From positions 124,001-188,000 of the forward strand of contig JAPDFW010000082.1 of NCBI GenBank assembly GCA_028826165.1: a stretch of 64,000 bases of DNA. Direction: 5' to 3'. This DNA is from Anaeramoeba ignava BMAN. Its lineage: Eukaryota; Protista; Anaeramoebae. Position numbers and translations under genes: made by a program. Under the pieces are notes generated by a model. That model was not told where the DNA came from. It was given only the letters and a program-made list of their open reading frames with translations, and did no database searches. Shown here in pieces: positions 1 through 14,169 of the stretch (position 1 is the stretch's first letter; each line of letters opens with the position of its first letter).

Positions 1-2076
<2,076 letters not shown>

Positions 2077-2087
2077 TTTAAAAAAAA

Positions 2088-2126
2088 AAATGAAAAAAAT
2101 GAAAAAAATGAAAAAGAAAAATGAAA
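2088..2126 (-). promoter_or_regulatory. Tandem TCATTT initiator-like motifs (4 copies) upstream of the kinase ATG
   Basis: Plus-strand ATGA at 2090, 2099, 2108 and 2121 reads TCAT on the sense strand within 50 nt of ATG 2076. The same pattern recurs at other genes. Confidence 0.55.
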
Positions 2127-2322
2127 AAAAAAAATTTGTTTTGAATAAAAAAATATCAAACTTTTTCAATTTCTTTAATTTAAGAATTAAAAGATTTTTT
2201 GTGAATTAGAAATTAAAAGAAAAAAAAAAAAGAAGAAAGAATCAAAAATTCAAAGAAAAAAAAATAGTTCAAAAATTCAAAGAAAAAATCCAAAAAAAAA
2301 AAAAAATTTTTTTTGTTAGGAC

Positions 2323-5300
2323 TTATTTTTTTGCCCAAGCAGGAATAAAAGGTTGAGCCTGAGTCGTATTAGAAGGACTACCTCTTTGTCCGTGACGAGA
2401 TTGACCAGATCTAGCATGGTCTACTTGTGATCTAGAAGGCAATCTAGGATTTTTTTCGTCTGAATTTGAAGGAGATTTTGAAGGTGATCTTTTTGTTGCT
2501 TTTGGAATTCCGTTTTGGTTTTGAGGGGATTTATGATGGTTACCAGATCTTGCACGAGGAGGTAATTTCAACGAATTTGGGTCGTTTGGCATGGGTAATT
2601 TGATCATCTGGGGACTTATTCCTCTTAGCGGCAATTTTGGCGGTTTTTCATTTGATTCATTCTGACTTTGTTTTCTTGGTAATTGAGGAGGTTTTTCATC
2701 ATCTTCTGGTCTTTGTGGTAATGGTGGTGGGATCTCGTCTTCATGTTGACTTTGTTTTCTTGGTAATTGAGGGGGTTTTTCATCATCTTCTTGTTTTTTT
2801 GGTAAATGTGGAGATTTTTCATTTGATTCAAGTTGACTTTGTTTTCTTGGTAATTGAGGAGGTTTTTCATCATCTTCTGGTCTTTGTGGTAATGGTGGTG
2901 GAATCTCGTCTTCTTGTTGGTTTTCTTTTTTTGGTAATTGAGGGGGTTTTTCATCTTCTGTGTTGTTTTGTAATGGTGGTGATTTTTGTTTTTTTGGTAA
3001 TTCGGGTAGTTTTTCGTTTGTTTCTGTGTTCTTTTGTAATGGTGGTGATTTTGGTTTTTTTGGTAATTGAGGTAGTTTTTCGTTTGTTTCTGTGTTCTTT
3101 TGTAATGATGGTGATTTTGATTTTCTTGGTAATTCGGGTAGTTTTTCGTTTGTTTCTGTGTTGTTTTGTAATGGTGGTGATTTTTGTTTTTTTGGTAATT
3201 GAGGAAGTTTTTCTTTATCTATTTTTTTAAAATTCAATTAAAATCCAAAATAAATTTAAAATAAATTATATTCAAATCAAATAAAATTAAATTTAAATTA
3301 AATTCAAATTAAATTAAATTAAAATTATAATTCAATCTAAATCAATTCAAATTAAATTTCAAATCCAAATTCAAATTATATTAAATTCAAATTAAAATTC
3401 AAATTCCAATTAAAATTTAAATCAAATTAAATTAAATTAAATTCAAATTAAATTTTAAATTCAAATTAAATTTCAAATTAAATTTCAAATTAAATTCAAA
3501 TTAAATTCAAATTCAAATATAAATTTCAAATTAAATTAAATTCAAATTCAAATTTAAATTAAATTCAAATTAAATTCAATTCAAATTCAAATTCAAATTA
3601 AATTAAATTCAAATTCAAATTCAAATTAAATTCAAATTAAATTCAATTCAAATTCAAATTCAAATTAAATTAAATTAAAATTCAAATTAAAAATCTAAAT
3701 TAAAATCAAATTCAAATTAAATTTCAAATTCAAATTAAATTCAAATTCAAATTCAAATTCAAATCAAAATTAAAATTATATTCAAATTAAATTCAAATTC
3801 AGTTTCTAATTGAAAAAAATTACCAAAAGGTTGATTATTTTTTGGAGGAAGTTGAGGTAAAGGACCTAAAAATAAATATAAAATATAAAAATAAATTTAA
3901 AAATAAATTTAAAAATAAATTATAAATATAAAATATAAAAATAAAATATATAAATAAATTTATAAATAAATTTAAAAATAAATTTATAAAATTAATAATA
4001 TAAAACTTACCAGCACCACCACCTGTATTCTTTCTATTCTTTTGATTAAATCTTTCTTGAAGAGATTGCTGCAAAGGATTCATATTTTGCTGTTTTCTCT
4101 GTTGAAGTTGACTTTCAATAGATTCATTCGACATAGCTTTCTTATTTTTAAGAGCTTGCATAATACCCAAAGGATCTGATTGAGAGGTAGAAGAAGTAAT
4201 TTTCTTACGGGAAAGAGTATCTAGAGAAACAACTTCGAAAATTTGGGGCGAAATAAACAAATCGCCTCCAGTAGTCCTAACACACTTAACTTCTTGATAA
4301 AGAGACTGAATAACATTATAACCTGGTGCTTTGGGATTTGCTCGTTCATATGCAAAGTGCAGATCTTCAAAGGCACGATGGAAAAGTCCTACAGAACAAA
4401 ATGCTACTGCTCGATTGAATAATACTTCCGTTCGGCTAAGCTTGTATTTCATCCCCATTTGCTCGTAATTGATCGTCGGATTGAGCTTCATGGCTTCTAG
4501 ACACGAGGTGTAATCAATTACTGCTGCTGCTATGTTGTTGGATATGTGATGGCAGATCCCTCGTTGAAAATGTGTAATTGCCATGAATTTATCTCTTTTA
4601 ATTGATTCTGTAAAATTTCGTACCTTTAAATTTAATTTTATAAATGAATTTTAATTATAATTTTAATTTTAATATTATAAATGAATTTTAATTATAATTT
4701 TAATTTTAATATTATAAATGAATTTTAATTTTAATTTTAATTTTAATTTTAATTTGAATTTTAATTTTAATTTTAATTTTAAATTTGATTTTAATTTGAA
4801 TTTTAATATTAATTTTAATTTTAATTTTAAATTTGATTTTAATTTTAATTTTAATTTGAATTTTAATTTGAATTTTAATTTTAATATTAATTTTAATTTT
4901 AATTTTAATTTTAATTTTAATTTTAATTTTAATTATAATTTTAATTTTAATTTTAATTTTAATTTTAATTTTAATTTTAATTTTAATTTTAATATTAATT
5001 ATAATTTTAATTTAATTTTAATTTTAATTTTAATTTTAATTTTAATTTTAATTTTATAAATGAATTTTAATTTTATAAATGAATTTTAATTTTAATTTTA
5101 ATTATAATTTTAATTTTAATTTTAATATTATAAATGAATTTTAATTCTAATTTTAATTTTAATTTTAATTTTATAAATGAATTTTAATTCTAATATTATA
5201 AATGAATTTTAATTTTAATTTTAATTTTAATTTTAATTTTAATTTTATAAATGAATTTTAATTATAATTTTAATTTTAATTTTAATTCTAATATTATAAA

Positions 5301-5647
5301 TGAATTTTAATTTTAATTTTAATTTAATTATAATTCTAATTTTAATTTTAATTTTATAAATGAATTTTAATTTTAATTTTATAAATGAATTTTATAAATG
5401 AATTTTAATTTACAGCTTCTTCATATTTTTTCATTTTCATAGAAATTAAACCAAGATTAAAATAAGTTTTTGCACTTTCTGGTAATTTTTCAATAACTGC
5501 AAATGCTTCTTCAAATCTACCAGATTCAAAAGTATCAACAGCAGATTGCCATCTAACAGTATTAGGATCTAATTGTCGAATCATTTGAAGAGCTTCTAAC
5601 CCTTCATTTTGTGAAAAATCTTGCACATTTTTTCCTTTCTTTGACAT
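2323..5647 (-). CDS. p67phox/NoxR (NCF2-like) NADPH-oxidase regulator TPR domain plus a long Pro-rich tail, ~594 aa. Exons 5647-5414, 4623-4011, 3865-3824, 3218-2323
   Basis: The N-terminus aligns by eye with the p67phox TPR region: SAKTYFNLG, FTESIKRDKFMAITHFQRG, INYEQMGMKYKL..EVLFNRA. Exon phases are consistent, including a 42-nt micro-exon. Confidence 0.85.
2640..3218 (-). repeat. Coding tandem repeats (66-bp/22-aa unit and shorter variants) encoding PxLP[K/R] motifs
   Basis: EKLPQLPKKQKSPPLQNNTETN occurs about 4 times, followed by EKPPQLPRKQ and DEIPPPLPQRPEDD duplications. Confidence 0.9.
3235..3800. repeat. (AAATTC/AAATT)n array in NoxR-like intron 3 (3219-3823)
   Basis: Degenerate 5-6-mer array. 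Confidence 0.9.
4630..5410. repeat. (AATTTT)n array with interspersed ATAAATG in NoxR-like intron 1 (4624-5413)
   Basis: Direct inspection. Confidence 0.92.
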
Positions 5648-5664
5648 TATAAAAAAAAAATAAA

Positions 5665-5698
5665 AAATGAAAAAAATGAAAAAAATGAAAAAAATGAA
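5665..5698 (-). promoter_or_regulatory. Tandem TCATTT motifs (4 copies, 9-nt spacing) upstream of the NoxR-like ATG
   Basis: Plus-strand ATGA at 5667, 5676, 5685 and 5694. The ATG is at 5647. Confidence 0.55.
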
Positions 5699-5920
5699 TT
5701 ATTTTTTTTTTTTGGAAAATTGAATTTATTTTTGAATGAATTTTTGTGTTCTTGAAATTGAAACCAACTTGAAAAAAAAAAGTTGAAAAAAAGTGAAGAA
5801 AAAGAAAAAGAAAGAAAAAAAAAGTAAAAGAAAGAAAAAACCAAAAAAAAAGAAATGGTTTCGAACATTTCAAATTGAAAAAAAATCGAAAAAAAAAATG
5901 ATGAGAATTTCTTTTTAGAA

Positions 5921-7784
5921 TTATTGGTTATCATTTTCGTCTTCATTAGATTCTAGTTTTGGTTGCTAATAGAAAAAAAAATTTTATAAATTAATTTTAA
6001 TTTTAATTTTAATTTTAATTTTATAAATGAATTTTAATTATAAATGAATTTTAAATTTACTTCAAATGCAATTCTAACACCAATTGTGCGATTATCAATT
6101 TCCTTTCCATCAAGTTTCAAAGCTTTTTGTTGATCTTCATGAGTTTCAAAATTAACAAATGCAAATCCTTTACTTCTTCCATTAATTGTTTTTGCAACTC
6201 TTGCCTCTTTCACTTTCAATCCAGCAAACAGTTTCTGTAATTCTTCATCTGTGATTTTGAAGGGTAAATTTGAAACATGAACTTGAGTTTTGCTTTCCTT
6301 TCTTGTTGGTTGTTCAAAAGCAACTTTAATAGTAATTTTTCGATTATCAAATTCTTTTCCATCAAGTTTCAAAGCTTTTTGTTGATCTTCATGAGTTTCG
6401 AAATCAACAAATCCAAATCCTTTACTTCTTCCAATTCTTGTTCTTGCAATTCTTGCTTCTTTCACTTTCAATTTGTCGAAAAATTTTTGCAAATCTTCAT
6501 CTGTCATTTCAAAGGATAAATTTGAAACATGAATTTGAGTTTTGCTTTCATGTTTGACTTCAAGAAATGCAACTTTAACCCAAATTTGACGTCCATCAGT
6601 TTCAGTTCCGTTTAAGTTTAATGCTTTTTCTTGATCTTCATGAGTTTCGAAATCAACAAATCCAAATCCTTTACTTCTTCCAACTCTTGTTCTTGCAATT
6701 CTTGCTTCTTTCACTTTCAATTTGTCGAAAATTTTCTTGAATCCTTCGTCGGTTAAATTGAATGGTAAGTTGGAAACGTGGATTTGTGTCTTGCTTTCTT
6801 GTTTGGGTCCAGTTCTTCTTTTTCTTCTGATAAATGGTTTGCGTCTCATTGGAAAACGATTCATTGGTGGGAATCTTGGGAATCTTTGGAATTGTTGCAT
6901 TGGATAAGGGGAGAAATTCTTTTAATTTTATAAATGAATTTTTAATTTTAATTTTAAATTTATAAATTTAATTTTTAAAATGAATTTTAATTTTAATTTT
7001 TAATTTTTAAAATGAATTTTAATTTTAATTTTTAATTTTTAAAATGAATTTGAATTTGAATTTTAATTTTAATTTTCAAAATGAATTTTACCATTGGAGG
7101 GAAAAATGGTTCACGTCTAAAATTTTGGCGGAATTCTTGTTTTGGTCGGACATATTCAACACGGATCTTTCGTCCATCAACTTCAACTCCGTCCATTTCT
7201 GTAAGTGCAGATTGAGCATCTTGTGGTGTTTTCATTTCTATAAATGCAAAACCTGCAGGTCTTCCATTTCTATTCATAACACGAGCTTCAATGCTATTTA
7301 TATTTTGATTATATTTTGATTATAATTATTGAATTTATTTATATTTATTGAATTTATTTATATTTTGATTATAATTTATTTATAATTATTGAATTTATTT
7401 ATATTTATTGAATTTATTTATATTTTGATTATAATTTATTTATAATTATTGAATTTATTTATAATTATTGAATTTATTTATATTTTGATTATAATTTATT
7501 TATAATTATTGAATTTATTTATAATTATTGAATTTATTTATATTTTGATTATAATTTATTGAATTTATTTATAATTATTGAATTTATTTATAATTATTGA
7601 TTTTATTGATTTTATTGAATTTATTTATATTTATTGAATTTATTTATAATTATTACACTTGTCCAAAATTTCCGAATTCTTTCTCTAATTCTTCGGAAGT
7701 AACTGAAAAAGGTAGATTGCCAACATAAAGTGTGGATTGCTTTCCGGTTTTGGAATGATATGATTGGGTTGATTGATTTTCCAT
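5921..7784 (-). CDS. RNA-binding protein with 4 RRM domains, ~410 aa. Exons 7784-7657, 7293-7092, 6918-6061, 5965-5921
   Basis: RNP2/RNP1 pairs are LYVGNL/AGFAFIEM, then three closely similar HVSNL/KGFGFVDF units. Splice phases are consistent. Confidence 0.9.
7296..7652. repeat. (TTATTGAATTTATTTATA..)n array in RRM intron 7294-7656
   Basis: About 20-nt units organised into a 60-nt higher-order period; successive 60-nt lines are nearly identical. Confidence 0.88.
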
Positions 7785-7797
7785 CGAAATACTCGAA

Positions 7798-8960
7798 CTA
7801 AATTTATTTTTTAATTTATTTTTAAATTTTTTTTTAATTTGTTTATAAATTTATTTATAATTTATTTATAATTTTGTTTTTAAATTTATTTATTAATTTA
7901 TTTGTTAATTTATTTTTAAATTTATTTATAATTTTATTTGTAAATTTATTTTTAAATTTGTTTATTAATTTATTTGTAAATTTGTTTATAAATTTGTTTG
8001 TAAATTTATTTATAAATTTGTTTTTAAATTTATTTTTAATTTATTTATAAATTTATTTATAAATTTGTTTATTAATTTGTTTATAATTTATTTATTAATT
8101 TATTTATAAATTTGTTTATTAATTTGTTTATAATTTATTTATTAATTTATTTATAAATTTGTTTATTAATTTGTTTATAATTTATTTTTAAATTTATTTA
8201 TAAATTTATTTATAAATTTGTTTATAATTGTGTTTCTGATTTTTTTTAAATTTAATTTATTGAATTTTGATCATAATTTATTTTTAAATTTGTTTTAAAT
8301 TTATTATTAATTTGTTTTTAAATTTATTTTTAATTTTATTTGTTAATTTGTTTATAAATTTATTTATAATTTTATTTGTAATTTATTTATAAATTTGTTT
8401 TTAAATTTATTTATAATTTATTTTTAAATTTATTATTAATTTGTTTTTAAATTTATTTATTAATTTATTTTCAATTTATTTATAAATTTATTTATAATTT
8501 ATTTTTAAATTTATTTTTAAATTTGTTTATAAATTTGTTTATAAATTTATTTATAATTTGTTTATAAATTTATTTATAAATTTGTTTATAATTGTGTTTC
8601 TGATTTTTTTTAAATTTAATTTATTGAATTTTGATCATAATTTTGTTGATAATTTTATTGATAATTTTATTTTAAATTTATTTGTAATTATGTTTCTGAT
8701 TTATTTATAAATTTATTTTAAATTTATTTTTAAATTTATTTTTAAATTTTGTTTTTAATTTGTTTTTAAATTTTATTGTAATTGTGTTTCTGATTTATTT
8801 TTAAATTTAATTTATTGAATTTTGATCATAATTTTGTTGATAATTTTATTGATAAATTTGATTCTTATTTATTTATAAATTTATTTATAAATTTGTTTAT
8901 AATTGTGTTTCTGATTTAATTATAAATTGTATTTTTTAATTTATTGTATAAATTAAATAC
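7798..8960 (-). other. Probable 5'UTR intron of the RRM gene, filled with (TTTATAAATTTA)-type repeats
   Basis: AAAAAG|GTATTT at 8960 and TTTAG| at 7798, 13 nt before the ATG. A short complex segment at 8961-9010 would be the non-coding first exon. There is no reading-frame check for this intron. Confidence 0.6.
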
Positions 8961-9135
8961 CTTTTTATGTTTTTGTTGAACTAACAAACTTAAAATGAGT
9001 GGTGAAAACTGAAAATTAAAAAAAAAAAAAACGAAAAAAAAAAAAAAAAAATTTTTTTTTTAAATAAAAAGAATAATCTTTAATTAAAATTACTAATCAT
9101 TTTAATTAAATTATTCATCAAAAAAATTTTTTTTT

Positions 9136-10686
9136 TCAACAAAGAAGAATTATAAAATAAATTGGAAGTATTAGATTATCAATCAAATCAGTCAAAGCTT
9201 CCAAAACAGAAATCAATAATAAATCCAAACAAAAGCCAAAAAAAGAAAAATCAATATCATCAATTAACCAAATAAATCCAGTACAAAATAAAACTCCAAC
9301 AAAAAAAGCCAAAGTTCCTTCAATCGTTTTTTTTTTGCCAAACCAATTAATTGTTCCTAATTTTGATCCAACAAAAGAAGCCAAAGAATCTCCAACACCC
9401 AACAAGAAAATCCCAGAAGAAGCAACAAGAAAACCTGACTTAAGTCCGTTATATTGACAAAAAAACACCATCCAAACAGAAAAACTTGATCCAAATACAA
9501 GATAAATATGTGTTAATATAAGATCTCCTGAATCTCTTTGATCAGTGAATTTTTGCATAAAAATATTAATTGATTCCGACAGCCAAACTTCTTTCTTCAT
9601 CCGGACTGCTTCGATCACAAACAAAACATTCACAGAAACCGCAAGAGATAACTGAAGCAAATTGAGATCTAGCAAAATTCCCGGAATCATAATAAAAAGC
9701 AAAAATAAATGGAAAATTTTTCTGATTAAAATGTTCGCACTTTTTTTGTGAAATTTTTCAAATAGCTCCAAATTCATCAAGAAAATTAACAAACCCATCA
9801 TAACAACCCATAACGCCATTAATATGATCCGGTTTCTTGTGGAAAAAACAAACCCAAATAGCCACATGAATATGTTCCTTTTAAATAGAAAATAAAAGCA
9901 AAATTGAACAGAAAAAAAACCAGAACTGATCAAAACCAAATAGAAAAATAAAGAAGAACGAGATTGGAAAATCCCACTCACAAAAAAAGAAAGAAAAATA
10001 GCAACTCCTGCTGAGGCAAAAATAACTAGGCAAGTGAGCATAATTACAAACGATTTCCCTTGCATTTCTGTTTCGGTAATTTTAGAAAAACTTAACTGAA
10101 ATCCAGCAAAAAAACAAACTGAAAAGAAAGAAATGATTAAAGAAAAAAATTCGGAAAGAAAAATACACTCCGCAAATGCAAAAGAATTGCTTAAAACTTC
10201 TGAAAATAACCGAAATAATTGAGAAAAAATTATCGTTCCAAAAATCGGAACAAAAAGAAATTCCCAAGAAAGTGAAACATAAAAAATAAACGAAAAACAA
10301 AGAAGAATAACTCCAAAAATGAAAAAACGCGTTTTGAAAAAGGGAATAAAGCCAAATAATGATGTCATAAAGACATACAATTTCATTTGTTTTTCGAATA
10401 AAGAATAATTAGAAAAAGTTGAAGAATTTTCATTCATTTCATTTAAAATTGAAATTAATAATAAAGGAACTGTTAATTCTCCTAAAATTATTCCATTAAA
10501 AACATTTCGAAATTTTTTAGTTGTAAAATATTGTTGATATTTATTTGCAAAAAGATATCTAATTATCACTAAAAAAACAATTGGTAAACTTAAATGAATA
10601 AATTGTAAAATATCATAATTATTCTTTAAAAAAATTAAAGCTTTGATAAGAGGAATTAAAATGAAAATATCATCAAAATCAATCAT
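9136..10686 (-). CDS. DOLK: Dolichol kinase (Sec59/DOLK), single exon
   Basis: Polytopic membrane protein with RKIFHL, FTDQRDSGDLILTHIYLVFG, GVGDSLASFVG, KKTIEGT and LEALTDLIDNLILP motifs. Confidence 0.93.
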   Translation of the reverse strand: MIDFDDIFILIPLIKALIFLKNNYDILQFIHLSLPIVFLVIIRYLFANKYQQYFTTKKFRNVFNGIILGELTVPLLLISILNEMNENSSTFSNYSLFEKQMKLYVFMTSLFGFIPFFKTRFFIFGVILLCFSFIFYVSLSWEFLFVPIFGTIIFSQLFRLFSEVLSNSFAFAECIFLSEFFSLIISFFSVCFFAGFQLSFSKITETEMQGKSFVIMLTCLVIFASAGVAIFLSFFVSGIFQSRSSLFFYLVLISSGFFSVQFCFYFLFKRNIFMWLFGFVFSTRNRIILMALWVVMMGLLIFLMNLELFEKFHKKSANILIRKIFHLFLLFIMIPGILLDLNLLQLSLAVSVNVLFVIEAVRMKKEVWLSESINIFMQKFTDQRDSGDLILTHIYLVFGSSFSVWMVFFCQYNGLKSGFLVASSGIFLLGVGDSLASFVGSKLGTINWFGKKKTIEGTLAFFVGVLFCTGFIWLIDDIDFSFFGFCLDLLLISVLEALTDLIDNLILPIYFIILLC

Positions 10687-10854
10687 AATTTAAATTTAAT
10701 TAATTAAAAAGAAAAAAATGGAAAATTTTTTTTTGTTTTTATCTGGCAATTTTAATTAAAAATTGTTTAAATAAAAAATTTTTTTAATTAATTAAATTTT
10801 TCATTTTTTCATTTTCTTTTTCTTTTTCTTTTTCTTTTTTGGTTTGAATTTTTA

Positions 10855-13800
10855 ATGAGTTTCCGTCGTTGTGGTTTTAAAAAAGAGTTAAGTCCCATTT
10901 TTGAAAACGGTGAACTTAGTCTCTCATTAACATCAATGATAAAATATTTAGAAGAAAATGGTAAACAAATAAAACAAAGATAACAAAATAAAAAATAAAA
11001 AAAAAACCAATTAAAATTTTCCTCTTTTTTTTTTTCGTCTTCCAGCTTTGCAAACACCTAATATTTTTAGAAGTACAGGAAGTAAATCAAAAATAGATCT
11101 TTTACTTTCCAAACTTGCAAATAATCAAAATGTAGATTTTGAAGAGTTTGGGACTGATAATGTTACTGTTGCTTTAAAACATTTTTTACGGGATATAAAC
11201 CCTCCTTTATTTCCTTACCGGTTATATCCTGCTTTTATTTCTCTTGCTAGTATATATATTAATTAAAATATTTATTAAAATATTTATTAAAATATTTATT
11301 AAAATATTTATTAAAATATTTATTAAAATATTTATTAAAATATTTATTAAAATATTTATTAAAATATTTATCAAAATATTTATTAAAATATTTATTAAAA
11401 TATTAAAATATTTATTAAAATATTTATTAAAATATTTATTAAAATATTTATTAAAATATTTATTAAAATATTAAAATAATTATTAAAATATTAATTAAAA
11501 TATTTATTAAAATATTTATTAAAATATTAAAATATTAATTAAAATATTAATTAAAATATTTATTAAAATATTTATTAAAATATATATTAAAATAATTATT
11601 AAAATATTAATTAAAATATTTATTAAAATATTTATTAAAAATATTAAAATATTAATTAAAAATATCAATTAAAATATTTATTAAAATATTTATTAAAATA
11701 TTTATTAAAATATTTATTAAAATATTTATTAAAATATTAATTAAAATATTTATTAAAATATTTATTAAAATATTTATTATAATATTTATTAAAATATTTA
11801 TTAAAATATTTATTAAAATACTTATTAAAATACTTATTAAAAATATTTATTAAAATATATATTAAAATAATTATTAAAAATATTAATTAAAATATTTATT
11901 AAAAATATTTATTAAAATATTAAAATATTAATTAAAAATATTTATTATAATATTTATTATAATATTTATTAAAATATTAATTAAAAATATTAATTAAAAA
12001 TACTTATAAAAATATTAAAATATTTATTAAAAATATTTAATTATAAAATATTTATTAAAATATTTATTAAAATATTTATTAAAATATTTATTAAAAATAT
12101 TTATTAAAATATTTATTAAAATATTTATTAAAATATTTATTAAAATATTTATTAAAAATATTTATTAAAATATTTATTAAAATATTTATTAAAATATTTA
12201 TTAAAATATTTATTAAAATATTTATAAAAATATTAAAAATATTTATTAAAATATTTATTAAAATATTTATTAAAATATTTATTATAATATTTATTAAAAA
12301 TATTAATTAAAATATTAATTAAAAATATTAATTAAAATATTTATTAAAATATTTATTAAAATATTTATTAAAATATTTATTAAAAATATTAATTATAATA
12401 TTAATTAAAATATTTATTAAAATATTTATTAAAATATTTATTAAAATATTTATTAAAATATTTATTAAAATATTTATTAAAATATTTATTAAAATATTTA
12501 TTAAAATATTTATTAAAAATATTTATTATAATATTTATTAAAATATTTATTAAAATATTTATTATAACATTTATTAAAAATATTTATTAAAATATTAATT
12601 AAAATATTTATTATAATACTTATTAAAATACTTATTAAAATATTTATTAAAATACTTATTAAAATACTTATTAAAATATTTATTAAAATATTTATTAAAA
12701 ATATTAAAATATTTATTAAAATATTTATTAAAATATTTATTATAATATTTATTAAAATATTTATTAAAATATTTATTACAATATTAATTAAAATATTTAT
12801 TAAAATATTTATTATAATATTTATTAAAATATTAATTAAAATATTAATTAAAATATTTATTAAAATATTTATTAAAATATTTATTAAAATATTAATTAAA
12901 ATATTTATTAAAATATTTATAAAAATATTAAAATATTTATATAGAAAATTTAGATAACTCAATCCAAGAAAATGATGTTTTAAAAATTTTTCGTTCAATT
13001 CCTCCCGATAATCTTCTTGCAATTAAATATATATTTGAATTTTTAAATCTTGTTAGTGAACACAGCCCAGAAAATTTTATGGATGCAAAAAATTTAGGAA
13101 TTATTTTTGCACCTTCACTTATAAAACCGAAAAAAGAAACTGCAAAAAATCTTCAGAATAATTATTTAATAGTTCAAATACTTATCACATATTTTATTCA
13201 AAATCAATCCAAAATTTTCGAAGAACTTCGATCAGAATTTGAAGAATATACAAGTACAAAAATTGGAATCAAAAGAAAAGGAAAACCAAAAAGGGTTAAA
13301 TCAGAAAAACATGAAAAATCTTCACAAATTGATATTCCAATTCAAAAAAGCAAAAGTAATCAATTTTTGAGAAATAAAAAAAAAACGAAAATCAAAACAA
13401 GACACAGTTTTGGATCTAAAACATATGAAAAAGAAGTTAAAAAAAATAATTTGAAAGAAGTTCAAAAAAAAATAAAAAATCAAAATGAAAATCAAAATGA
13501 AAATCAAAATCAAAATGAAAAACAAAATGAAAATGAAAATGAAAATGAAAATGAAAAACAAATTGAAATCGAAAAACAAAATGCAAACGTCAAGCAACAA
13601 AAACATTTTTCTTTACCTGTCACTTTAAATGAAAACATTAATCCAAATGACAAAAAAAAGAAAATTGAAAAAGGATCAACTAATGAAAAATCATCTGATG
13701 TTGACATTCAAAATGATTTCAAAGAATCATTTCGTTTTCCGGAAGATGAAAAACTTCCTGACATTAACTCTATTAATTTTAATCAATCACAAAAACCTTC

Positions 13801-13996
13801 AAAACAAGTTGCATTTGATTCTCTTATTCCAAGTAAACCTGAAAAAATAACAAAATTAAGCAAATCATTACCAAGTTATTCAAAAACTAATATTACAAAT
13901 CAACCTGATCTTGTTGAAGAAAATCAAAAACAAATTCATTCTTCTGATTTCTTTTATGAAGATCTTTCTGATCTTTCAGAACATATTACATTTTAA
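10855..13996 (+). CDS. RhoGAP-domain protein with a low-complexity C-terminal tail, ~453 aa. Exons 10855-10960, 11046-11249, 12945-13996
   Basis: NIFRSTG (arginine finger), ALKHFLRDINPPLFP and NFMDAKNLGIIFAPSL. Splicing restores the frame. Confidence 0.9.
11260..12940. repeat. (TTTATTAAAATA)n 12-mer array forming RhoGAP intron 2 (11250-12944)
   Basis: About 1.7 kb of almost pure A/T. No G was seen between the GT and the final AG. Confidence 0.95.
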
Positions 13997-14118
13997 CTTC
14001 ATTTTTTTTGATTTCATTTTGTTAAATTTTTTTTTTTTTGAAAACAACATCAAAATCAAAAAAGTTTTCTGGCAAAAAAAAAAATATAACAAAAAATTGC
14101 AGAAAATAAATTGTTTTT

Positions 14119-14145
14119 TTCACTTTCACTTTCACTTTCATTTTT
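14119..14145 (+). promoter_or_regulatory. TCACTT x3 plus TCATTT initiator-like tandem upstream of ATG 14170
   Basis: The sequence ttcactttcactttcactttcattttt lies 25-50 nt before the ATG. Confidence 0.55.
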
Positions 14146-14169
14146 ATTATTTTTTTCTCTTTCCAAATA

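Noticed and set aside
3219-5413. A strict 'first AG after the donor' splicing rule
   Set aside because: NoxR introns 1 and 3 contain internal TAGs (plus-strand CT at about 5146, 5190, 5288, 5336, 3337, 3695) that must be skipped, so AG depletion is a tendency and not absolute.
8227-8915. Intronic box C/D snoRNA in the repeated block
   Set aside because: ATGATCA only approximates box C, and CTGA is on the opposite strand. No terminal stem or guide was evident.
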